A program made the translations under genes and the position numbers. 40,836 nt of DNA from a virus, in IMG/VR virus record IMGVR_UViG_3300034138_000059, positions 1 to 40,836 of that record. One strand, given 5' to 3'. The notes under the pieces are model-generated. The model made no database searches and had not been told where the DNA came from. It saw nothing but the letters and a program-made list of their open reading frames with translations. Shown in pieces: positions 5,467 to 12,421 of this stretch (its first letter is position 1; each line of letters begins with the position of its first letter).

Positions 5467-7881
5467 TCACTCGTAGTGAGCGTCCGGGTCCTCGCCCGGC
5501 TCGTCACCCGTGGACGGGATGGGCGGGTTGAGGACCCCCAGGCGGACCTTCCAGCTCGCCGGCCGGCGCCCGCGGGCGGACGCCACGCGCTCCGCGAAGC
5601 CGAGCGCGGCCAGCTTGTGCAGCCGCTCGCCGAGGGCCGCTCGCGGGTTGCCGTAGCTGAAGATCCCGGTCTCGGCCCACAGCTCGCCGAGCGTCGACGT
5701 GTCGACCTCGATCCACTCCGGGTTGCCCTTCTTCGCGAAGATCCCTCGGAAGACCTCGATCAGGGCGGCGTCGGCCTCCTCCGGCGTCATCACCTTCTGC
5801 GGCAGCTCGTCGCCGAGGACCATGTCGTCCTCGGGGTCGACGGGCTCCAGCGCCCGTGAGACCCGCGGGTCGATGCCCTCGACGAGCTGGCGGGACTCCT
5901 CGTCGTCGTACAGCTCGCGCGCCTCCTGGCGGGCTTCGCTCTGGTCGATCGAACGCATCTCGTCCTCCTCCTCTTCGGCCGTGATCGGCCCCTGGTTGGT
6001 CTGCAACTTCCCCAGCTCCTCCTCGACGCTGGTCGCCCGGCTCGGGAGGGCGGGCGGGAACTCTGTCGTGACGCCGGCCGCCTGGAGGGCGGGGACGGCG
6101 ATCTCGGCGACCGCGCGGACGGCGGCCTCGGGCGTGCCGGCCGGCGGCGTCATCAGCTCGACCTCGTGCGCCTCCATCCAGTCCTCGCGGTTGCAGCGCT
6201 GGCGCTCCTGGTAGGTCTTGCCGTAGGCGCCCATCGAGGCGATCGAGCCCTGGTCGAGCTTCGCCATGACCGGCGCCCACCACGCGACGTGCCAGTGCAG
6301 GACGTCGGGCGGGATCGGCAGGAAGGTCCGGGCCGGCATCGCCCAGCGCTCCTGGGCGACCAGGGTCGACTCCAGGTAGGACATGCCGGGCTTCGCGTCG
6401 GCCCAGGCCCCCGGGTCGGCGCCGTAGGAGAGCGTCGTGTCCGACAGGGCCATGTTCGCGTCCGAGCTGTCCTTGATCCCGAAGCACCAGCCCCCGCCCA
6501 GCGACGAGCGGAGCGAGGTGTTTATGTTGTCCGCGCTCGCCCGCTGGAGCGAGATCGAGAGCGAGATCCCGACCGACCGGACCTGCTCGCCGAGGCGGAC
6601 GATGTCCTTGTCGAAGAACTCGGCGACGTCGGCGAACTCCTCGATGTGGACGATCAGGTATGGCAGCTTCAGGTGCTTCCAGGCGTCCGGGGTCCACTGC
6701 CGACCCTCGGCCTTGAACTTCTTCTTCAGCAGCGCGAGCGCGCCGGCCCGGTAGTTGACGATGAAGCGGAGGGCCTTCGCCATCGCCGCGGCCTCGGGCT
6801 TGCCGGTCGCGCACCAGTCGACGGCCGGCAGGATGTCGTCCGCGGTCTGGGCGCCCTTCACGGTGTCGACCCACCAGAGGACGACGTCGGGACGGGTGAC
6901 GATCTCGCTCACCTCGTGCAGCTCGGCCTCGGTCTTGCCGGCGCCCGGCATGCCCATGACGAGGTAGGACCGGGCGTTGCGGCCCTTCTTCGGGTCGCCC
7001 GGCCGCACCATCTCGAAGGCCGAGCCGTCCTCGTACCGGCCGAGCCGGCACGGCTCGGCGATCGACTGCCCCGGCCGGCTCGGCCCGGGCCAGGGCGCGG
7101 ACTCGGCGAGGACGTCCTTCGTCACCAGGGTCAGCCGGGTCTTGGAGGCGTCGGTCGGGTCGGGGATGACCCGAGCCGCGGTCGGGGGCAGGCCGGCGAG
7201 CGAGAGCAGGTCCGGCATGCCCTTCGCGATGCTCGCCGACTGCGCGCCCTTGTGCGACAGCACGAACTCGTGACGGACGCCGTCCTCGGACGGCTCGTGC
7301 TTGACGACCCGGACCTTCGCCTTGACGCCGAGGATCTCGGCCAGGTCGTCCGACCCGTCGGTCTGCGGGTGCTCGTCGTGACCCTCGCCCATCACGGCGC
7401 GGGAGCGACGGATGTTCCAGCTCAGCGCGACGAGCGCGGCGAGCAGCGAGTGGCCGTCGACCCAGGGGCGCTGCACCCAGAGGGTCAGCGGTCCGCCCGT
7501 GCTGTCGACGCTGACGAAGCCGATCAGGGTCGTGACCGCGACCGACAGGAGCGCGAAGCCGACGGTCACGGCGGCGCGCCACCGCGTGTAGTCGCCTCGG
7601 GGCTTCGCTTCGTGCAGGGTCACCCAGGCGAAACCGGCGCCCGCGAGCACCAGGACCGCGGCGATGGCGAAGCGCCAGCCAGTCTGGCCCCAGACCGCGT
7701 GCGCGATCATGCCGGCGGCCGGCACGGCCACGAAGCCGCCGATCCACGGACCGAGGTACTCGTCCAGGTCGGTCCCGGGGATGAAGTCGAACCAGCTCTT
7801 CTTCCGCTCGCGGGGCTGGCGCCGCGGTGCCGGAGCCGGCTTCCGGCCGGACGGGCGGGGCTTGCGGGTCGTCGAGGCCAT
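5467..7881 (-). CDS. FtsK/SpoIIIE-family DNA translocase, TraB-like (804 aa, N-terminal TM helices)
   Basis: Walker A GMPGAGKT, Walker B-like YLIVHIEEFADV, and an FtsK-type segment SLQRASADNINTSLRSSLGGGWCFGIKDSSD. Three to four N-terminal hydrophobic helices. C-terminal about 100 aa look like a winged helix. GAAGGAGGA RBS lies 7 nt upstream of the ATG at 7881. Confidence 0.9.
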   Translation of the reverse strand: MASTTRKPRPSGRKPAPAPRRQPRERKKSWFDFIPGTDLDEYLGPWIGGFVAVPAAGMIAHAVWGQTGWRFAIAAVLVLAGAGFAWVTLHEAKPRGDYTRWRAAVTVGFALLSVAVTTLIGFVSVDSTGGPLTLWVQRPWVDGHSLLAALVALSWNIRRSRAVMGEGHDEHPQTDGSDDLAEILGVKAKVRVVKHEPSEDGVRHEFVLSHKGAQSASIAKGMPDLLSLAGLPPTAARVIPDPTDASKTRLTLVTKDVLAESAPWPGPSRPGQSIAEPCRLGRYEDGSAFEMVRPGDPKKGRNARSYLVMGMPGAGKTEAELHEVSEIVTRPDVVLWWVDTVKGAQTADDILPAVDWCATGKPEAAAMAKALRFIVNYRAGALALLKKKFKAEGRQWTPDAWKHLKLPYLIVHIEEFADVAEFFDKDIVRLGEQVRSVGISLSISLQRASADNINTSLRSSLGGGWCFGIKDSSDANMALSDTTLSYGADPGAWADAKPGMSYLESTLVAQERWAMPARTFLPIPPDVLHWHVAWWAPVMAKLDQGSIASMGAYGKTYQERQRCNREDWMEAHEVELMTPPAGTPEAAVRAVAEIAVPALQAAGVTTEFPPALPSRATSVEEELGKLQTNQGPITAEEEEDEMRSIDQSEARQEARELYDDEESRQLVEGIDPRVSRALEPVDPEDDMVLGDELPQKVMTPEEADAALIEVFRGIFAKKGNPEWIEVDTSTLGELWAETGIFSYGNPRAALGERLHKLAALGFAERVASARGRRPASWKVRLGVLNPPIPSTGDEPGEDPDAHYE

Positions 7882-7943
7882 CGGTCAGTCCTCCTTCGGG
7901 GTGGCGGCGAGCGAGCGGGCGGGACGGGACATCGACGCTCGCC

Positions 7944-8345
7944 CTACTTCGTCTGGCCCGGCTGGAGCCGGGCGGGAACGGGGGCGGCCGGAGTGACCGG
8001 CGCCTGGTAGATCACGGTCTTGACGAGCACCGAGTCGGCCGCCGTCAGGAAGCCGCGCGAGGACGGCTGGAACCAGCGGGCGACGTTGTTGTTGTTCAGC
8101 GTCAGCGTCAGCACCTCGTCGGGGCCGCCGTTCACGCTGGCGAGCACGGCCGACCCGACGGTGCTCGGGGCCGGAACCTCCAGGACCAAGACGGTCATGT
8201 TCGGCGACAGCGTCAGCACCTCACCCTCGTCGGTCTGGACCGAGACGAAGCCGGCCGACGTTGACCCCACGACCCCGGAGGACCGGAGTCGCACGCGGGT
8301 GCCGACGGCCAGGGTGCCGAGGGGGGCGGGCTCGCGCTCGGCCAT
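7944..8345 (-). CDS. Hypothetical 133-aa protein
   Basis: C-terminal part of track ORF 7944..8717. The ATG at 8345 overlaps the upstream stop (ATGA). Beta-rich composition (VLVLEVPAPSTVGSAVLASVNGG...). Confidence 0.7.
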   Translation of the reverse strand: MAEREPAPLGTLAVGTRVRLRSSGVVGSTSAGFVSVQTDEGEVLTLSPNMTVLVLEVPAPSTVGSAVLASVNGGPDEVLTLTLNNNNVARWFQPSSRGFLTAADSVLVKTVIYQAPVTPAAPVPARLQPGQTK

Positions 8346-8569
8346 CAGCGCTGGACCTTCGTGCGCTGGACCACGGCCAGGACGAGCGCGGCCGGTCGGC
8401 TGAAGGTGAGCACGAAGGCCACGGAGGCGGCCACGACGACGATCACGCTCAGGTAGTCGCCCCCGCCGCGGACCGCGGTCGACAGGGAGAACAGGAACGT
8501 CAGCACGCAGAGCGCGCGGGTCAAGGCCTGGGTGGTCGGCGGGGTCTTCGTGACGGTCGGGGTCTTCAT
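8345..8569 (-). CDS. Small membrane protein (74 aa, 2 TM helices)
   Basis: Track ORF. Hydrophobic helices LCVLTFLFSLSTAV and VIVVVAASVAFVLTF. ATGA overlaps at both ends. Confidence 0.75.
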   Translation of the reverse strand: MKTPTVTKTPPTTQALTRALCVLTFLFSLSTAVRGGGDYLSVIVVVAASVAFVLTFSRPAALVLAVVQRTKVQR

Positions 8570-8760
8570 GACGGGGTGCTCTCCTTCTGCTTCGCTGCGG
8601 CGAGGACGGCTTCGACGCTGTCCTCGTAGACCTTGATCGGACCCCGGGGGGCCGTGAGCTGGAAGCCGTCCAGCCGACCGGCGAAGTACCAGCGCCGGAC
8701 GGTCTGGCGCTCGACACCGAGGCGCTTCGCGGCTTGCTCGGTGGTCAACGTGGCGCGCAC
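8566..8760 (-). CDS. Helix-turn-helix DNA-binding protein, excisionase/MerR-like (64 aa)
   Basis: LTTEQAAKRLGVERQTVRRWYFAGRL is a typical Xis-family HTH. GTG start at 8760 with a GAGGAGG RBS. First gene of the leftward operon. Confidence 0.8.
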   Translation of the reverse strand: MRATLTTEQAAKRLGVERQTVRRWYFAGRLDGFQLTAPRGPIKVYEDSVEAVLAAAKQKESTPS

Positions 8761-8922
8761 ATCAGGCCTCCTCTCATAGGCAACATCGACAACATCGGGA
8801 TCACAGTCTCACGTCGGACCGTGTCGGCGCAAGCGCATCCCGCAACCGACTGGGATGTTGCGGATGTTGCCGATGTCCCGTAGTGTCGTCCCCGATGTCC
8901 CCGAACGACGAGAGGAACCGCC
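8761..8922. promoter_or_regulatory. Divergent control region with inverted sets of 9-bp-period repeats (CGATGT(T/C)(G/C)C)
   Basis: CAACATCG at 8781 and 8790. GATGTTGC at 8854 and 8863. CGATGTCCC at 8871 and 8893. Candidate rightward promoter: -35 TTGCGG 8858-8863, 17-nt spacer, -10 TAGTGT 8881-8886. Confidence 0.7.
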
Positions 8923-9390
8923 ATGACGATGTCGCCCTACACCGCCGGCCGGATCACGCTGGCGAACGGCAAGGTGCGTGACGCCGTCCGCGCCGAGAAC
9001 GGTGCCGTGGACTACCGCGCTGACCGCGACGTGACCGCCGGCCGCTACGTGAAGTCGACCTGGCGCAAGGCCACCGTGAAGCAGGCCGCCACCTTCGTGC
9101 CCGACGCGCCCGAGGTGGTCGTGGTCGAGAGTGAGGTGCCGACCGCGCCGGCCGCCACGGAGAAGGCGGCTCGCGACGCCCTGGTCGACGCCCAGCTCGA
9201 CGAGGTGCGCAAGCTCCGCGAGGACTACGAGAAGGCCTCCGCCGACCTGGCCGTCTCCGTCCGGGTCTGGCTCGCCCCCCGGCCCGACATCGTCCTGCCG
9301 AGCTACGTCCGGAACGACCTCGACCTCGCGATCTTCGCCTACGAGGCCTGGGACTCGGCCGTCGACGCCCTGCCGGACCTGGAGGCGTGA
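8923..9390 (+). CDS. Hypothetical 155-aa early protein
   Basis: Track ORF with a GAGAGGAA RBS upstream and balanced composition. Confidence 0.8.
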   Translation: MTMSPYTAGRITLANGKVRDAVRAENGAVDYRADRDVTAGRYVKSTWRKATVKQAATFVPDAPEVVVVESEVPTAPAATEKAARDALVDAQLDEVRKLREDYEKASADLAVSVRVWLAPRPDIVLPSYVRNDLDLAIFAYEAWDSAVDALPDLEA

Positions 9391-9393
9391 CCG

Positions 9394-9609
9394 ATGCGCG
9401 AGTTCGGAGCGTTCAACGACGAGGGATGCACCTTCGCCGGCTTCTCCACCCTGGCGAGCGCGGCCGAGGAGGCGGCCTACCAGATGGAGGACGGCGACGA
9501 GTGGGCCTACGCCGCCGAGCTGTGCCCAGACCACGAAGAGCAGGCACGTGACGCCTGCGAGGAGTGCCTGGCCGAAGACGAGACCGACGACGAGGACGAG
9601 GAGGTCTGA
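9394..9609 (+). CDS. Hypothetical very acidic 71-aa protein with 4 Cys
   Basis: Track ORF. 25 of 71 residues are Asp/Glu. C-terminal tail ETDDEDEEV. Cys at positions 12, 44, 55 and 58. Confidence 0.8.
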   Translation: MREFGAFNDEGCTFAGFSTLASAAEEAAYQMEDGDEWAYAAELCPDHEEQARDACEECLAEDETDDEDEEV

Positions 9610-9612
9610 CCG

Positions 9613-9813
9613 ATGCCGAGCTTCGAGCAGATCCTCGCGATCATCCTCGTCGTCGCCTTCCTGAAGCTGGCCGACAAGCTGGTCGACGAGTGGCGCGCCA
9701 CCCGGGGGCACAAGCGCGAGCTGGCCCGCGAGATCCACGACGCCAACGTCCGCTACCTGGAGAAGAACGGCCGGACCCTGGCCGCTCAGCTCACGACCGA
9801 AGGAGAGCGCTGA
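9613..9813 (+). CDS. Small membrane protein (66 aa, N-terminal TM helix)
   Basis: Track ORF. ILAIILVVAFLKLA helix followed by a charged tail. Confidence 0.75.
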   Translation: MPSFEQILAIILVVAFLKLADKLVDEWRATRGHKRELAREIHDANVRYLEKNGRTLAAQLTTEGER

Positions 9814-9815
9814 AC

Positions 9816-10043
9816 ATGAGCCAGCCCCCCGTCCCGAAGGGCGCCGTCCGAGGCATGTCGCCCGCCCGCAACACGGACGGCCAGCCCGGCCGCCTCGTGC
9901 TCTCCGACCACACGGAGCGGCTGGCCCAGGCCCGCTCCCGCGCTCAGTACGAGATCGGCGACATGTACTGGGCCGACATGATCATCGCCGCCTACCTCGA
10001 TCCCGCGCTCGACCTGGAGAAGCTCCGGAAGGACATGGCATGA
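9816..10043 (+). CDS. Hypothetical 75-aa protein
   Basis: C-terminal part of track ORF 9564..10043. ATG at 9816 is preceded by an AAGGAGA RBS. Confidence 0.7.
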   Translation: MSQPPVPKGAVRGMSPARNTDGQPGRLVLSDHTERLAQARSRAQYEIGDMYWADMIIAAYLDPALDLEKLRKDMA

Positions 10044-10261
10044 CCCACGACGAGGAGTTCACCACCGTCTCCCACGCCCACGACGCGATCCTCCAGGCCG
10101 CCCGCCTGTGCATCGCCCTGATGGCCCTCGCGATCATCGCCGGCATGGTCGGCCAGAGCACGGCGTTCGTCGCGCTCGTCGGCGGCATCGGCGCGATCCT
10201 GGTCCACCTCGTCATCGACCTGCTCACCAGCCGCGACGACGACCCGCCGGAGGCTCAGTGA
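10040..10261 (+). CDS. Small membrane protein (73 aa)
   Basis: Track ORF. ATGA overlap with the upstream gene. Two hydrophobic helices. Confidence 0.75.
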   Translation: MTHDEEFTTVSHAHDAILQAARLCIALMALAIIAGMVGQSTAFVALVGGIGAILVHLVIDLLTSRDDDPPEAQ

Positions 10262-10497
10262 TCGGGCCGCTCCCCGAGGGCATGGTCCGGTGCCTGTCCT
10301 GCGGCGGCGTCCGCACACCGGATCAGATGCAGCGGGCGATCGACTTCGGCTGGCGGCCCATCCCCGGCGAGTTCGTGTGCCGAGACGCCGGGCTCTGCTT
10401 CCACTCGATGCGCGCTCGGGGCTTCGACACCGGCCGCTTGACGGCCGACGGACTGGGCCGCATCGTCAAGACCGTCGTGATCGGAGAGGAGGACTGA
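10258..10497 (+). CDS. Hypothetical 79-aa zinc-ribbon-like protein
   Basis: C-terminal part of track ORF 10108..10497. The GTG at 10258 overlaps the upstream stop (GTGA). CLSC...C-x5-C. Alternative ATG at 10282. Confidence 0.65.
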   Translation: MIGPLPEGMVRCLSCGGVRTPDQMQRAIDFGWRPIPGEFVCRDAGLCFHSMRARGFDTGRLTADGLGRIVKTVVIGEED

Positions 10498-10552
10498 TGT
10501 CGTACTGGCTCGATCTCTGGTACCGCTACTGGTGACCACTCCCTGAACAGCA

Positions 10553-10587
10553 CGAAGCCCCCGCCGCGAGATGCGACGGGGGCTTCG
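10553..10587. terminator. Intrinsic terminator hairpin between convergent operons
   Basis: CGAAGCCCCCG (10553-10563), 13-nt loop, CGGGGGCTTCG (10577-10587). Perfect 11-bp stem. Confidence 0.8.
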
Positions 10588-10602
10588 TCGTGCGTCAGGC
10601 CA

Positions 10603-11286
10603 TCAGCAGCGGCCCTTCTTCGCCTGGCCCGGGGGGCACTCCTTCTCGCCCTTGACCTTGTCGGGCTTCACGGCTGGGGCCGCCGGCTCCTCGACGCTCG
10701 GGGGAGGCGTCGAGGGAACCGGCGGCGTCGTCGAGGACGGCGGGGGGGACGTCGTCGACGACCCGGTCGTGCCACCGGCCGTCGGCCCCAACGGGCCAGG
10801 AGGGGGACGGCGGGGCGACCGGCTCTCGGGGGGAGCCGCGGGCGGGGTCGGGCCGGACCGCGGCGGGATGAAGGCGGCCGGCTCGGCGTCGTCGCCCGGC
10901 TGGACGGGCTGGGCGACAGGCTCGGCCGCCCGACCGGGCGATCCCGCCGGCCGGCGCGGTGCCGGCGCCTCCGGGGTCGCCCCCGGTGCCGACGGGGCGA
11001 CCTTCGGGCCGGCGGCCGACGGCGAGGTCGACGACAGCACGCCGCCGAGCAGGAGCACCGCGAGGGAGGCCGTCGCGAGCATGCCGGCGCCGACGCCGAG
11101 GGAGGTCCCGCTGGGCCGAAGGCCCTTCAGTCGGCGGGCGACCGGCGGGCGGACCTTGATCACTTCAAGGCGCTGAGCGCCCCCGGTGGTGGGGGCGAGT
11201 CGGCGCCGGCCGGACGGGACGGGGCGGCGCAGGAAGCGGCGCCGCGTGCGGCTCCACTGGCGTTCGAACCAGAAGCGGATGGACAT
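10603..11286 (-). CDS. Single-pass membrane protein with basic N-terminus and Pro/Ser/Thr-rich extracytoplasmic region (227 aa)
   Basis: Track ORF. GC3 is very high when read by eye. TM helix MLATASLAVLLLGGVL. C-terminal KECPPGQAKKGRC. The ATG lies 4 nt after the repressor stop, so the two are coupled. Confidence 0.75.
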   Translation of the reverse strand: MSIRFWFERQWSRTRRRFLRRPVPSGRRRLAPTTGGAQRLEVIKVRPPVARRLKGLRPSGTSLGVGAGMLATASLAVLLLGGVLSSTSPSAAGPKVAPSAPGATPEAPAPRRPAGSPGRAAEPVAQPVQPGDDAEPAAFIPPRSGPTPPAAPPESRSPRRPPPGPLGPTAGGTTGSSTTSPPPSSTTPPVPSTPPPSVEEPAAPAVKPDKVKGEKECPPGQAKKGRC

Positions 11287-11290
11287 CGGG

Positions 11291-11752
11291 TCAGGCTCCC
11301 ACGGTGAGAAGGTGCGACGGGGTCATCAGCGGAAACCCACGACCCGGGGTCCTCGCCCGGATTGCTGCCGCTTGCTGGACCGCGACGGCGGAGAGCACGG
11401 CGCGGAGTTCGTTCGCCTCTTCGGGGGCGAGCCCGGAGACGAGAGCCGGGTCGAGCTGGAGCGCGATCAGGCCGGGCACGGTGGCCTCCAGGTCCGGGAT
11501 CGCCTGGCGCGCCAGCTCGACCTCGACGCGACGCTCCAGCTCGTCGGCGGGCCAGCCGAGCGCCTCGGAGATCGCGCGGATCACCTGGGGCTCGCGCCAG
11601 CCGTCGGCGTTGAAGAAGCGGCTGACGGTCTTGTAGCTGACCTCGGCCCGGTCGGCGAGGTCGACCTGGGTCAGGTCCAGGGAGTTCATCCGGTCGTAGG
11701 CGGCGCGCCGAACGGTGTGTCGGGCGCGAGCGATCCTCTCTCGGTCGTCCAC
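11291..11752 (-). CDS. XRE-family helix-turn-helix transcriptional regulator, candidate phage repressor (153 aa)
   Basis: LDLTQVDLADRAEVSYKTVSRFFN is a classic XRE HTH. The GTG at 11752 has a GAGAGAGGA RBS 7 nt upstream. No S24 peptidase motif is seen in the C-terminal half. The N-terminal extension of the track ORF is rejected. Confidence 0.8.
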   Translation of the reverse strand: MDDRERIARARHTVRRAAYDRMNSLDLTQVDLADRAEVSYKTVSRFFNADGWREPQVIRAISEALGWPADELERRVEVELARQAIPDLEATVPGLIALQLDPALVSGLAPEEANELRAVLSAVAVQQAAAIRARTPGRGFPLMTPSHLLTVGA

Positions 11753-12106
11753 GGTGCGGTCCTCTCTCGGGTGCAGGTGGGTCACCGAGAAGGCCTTCGA
11801 GGTAGCGGCGGGCTCGCGTATCGGTCGTGCGGCCTTCCCCGTGCTGCACAGGGGCAGGATGTCCCACCCGGACACGACAAGCAACATTCCGTGTCCACGG
11901 ATGCCCCGTTGTCACGCTCCGTGAGTCCTCCAGAGCGTTACATCGGATGTTCACCCCAGGACAGCCCCGGCCGATCGGCCGTCTTGAATGAGACTCGGCG
12001 AACCGCTTGACAGTCCCAGACCGGACCCTCATCCTGGGACTACGGCCAAGGAGGGCCACACAGGGCCACGGGCCCTGACCGGACACCGAGAGAGGAGGCG
12101 GACCGC
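11753..12106. promoter_or_regulatory. Second divergent control region (candidate immunity switch)
   Basis: Candidate promoter: TTGACA 12007-12012, 17-nt spacer, CATCCT 12030-12035. It is overlapped by inverted repeat AGTCCCAG 12012-12019 / CTGGGACT 12034-12041. Second inverted repeat GGACACG 11870-11876 / CGTGTCC 11890-11896. GGATGTCCC at 11857-11865. Confidence 0.6.
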
Positions 12107-12319
12107 ATGAGCCCCACCGAGAAGACCTGGAGCCTCGCCGAGGCCGCCCTGCTCGTCGGCTGCTCGGCCCGCACCCTCCGTCGGAAGCACGCCCTGAAGC
12201 AGGTCGGCGCGATTCGCGTCGGAGGGCACCCGACCCGCGGGCCGCTCCGCTTCACCGAGCAGGACATCGCTACGGCCCGCGCCCTCTGTTACCGGCGCGT
12301 CGAGGCCGAAGCCGCATAG
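12107..12319 (+). CDS. Helix-turn-helix DNA-binding protein, excisionase/MerR-like (70 aa; Cro-like or Xis-like)
   Basis: WSLAEAALLVGCSARTLRRKHAL HTH. GAGAGGAGG RBS. First rightward gene after the control region. Confidence 0.8.
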   Translation: MSPTEKTWSLAEAALLVGCSARTLRRKHALKQVGAIRVGGHPTRGPLRFTEQDIATARALCYRRVEAEAA

Positions 12320-12421
12320 ACATCCGGGCGCGGGCGGCATGCCGAGGCACCCGCTCGCGTCCGGGATCAACTTCCACATCGCGTCGCCTGTCCCGTCGAC
12401 GCACGACAGAAAGGCCCCATC

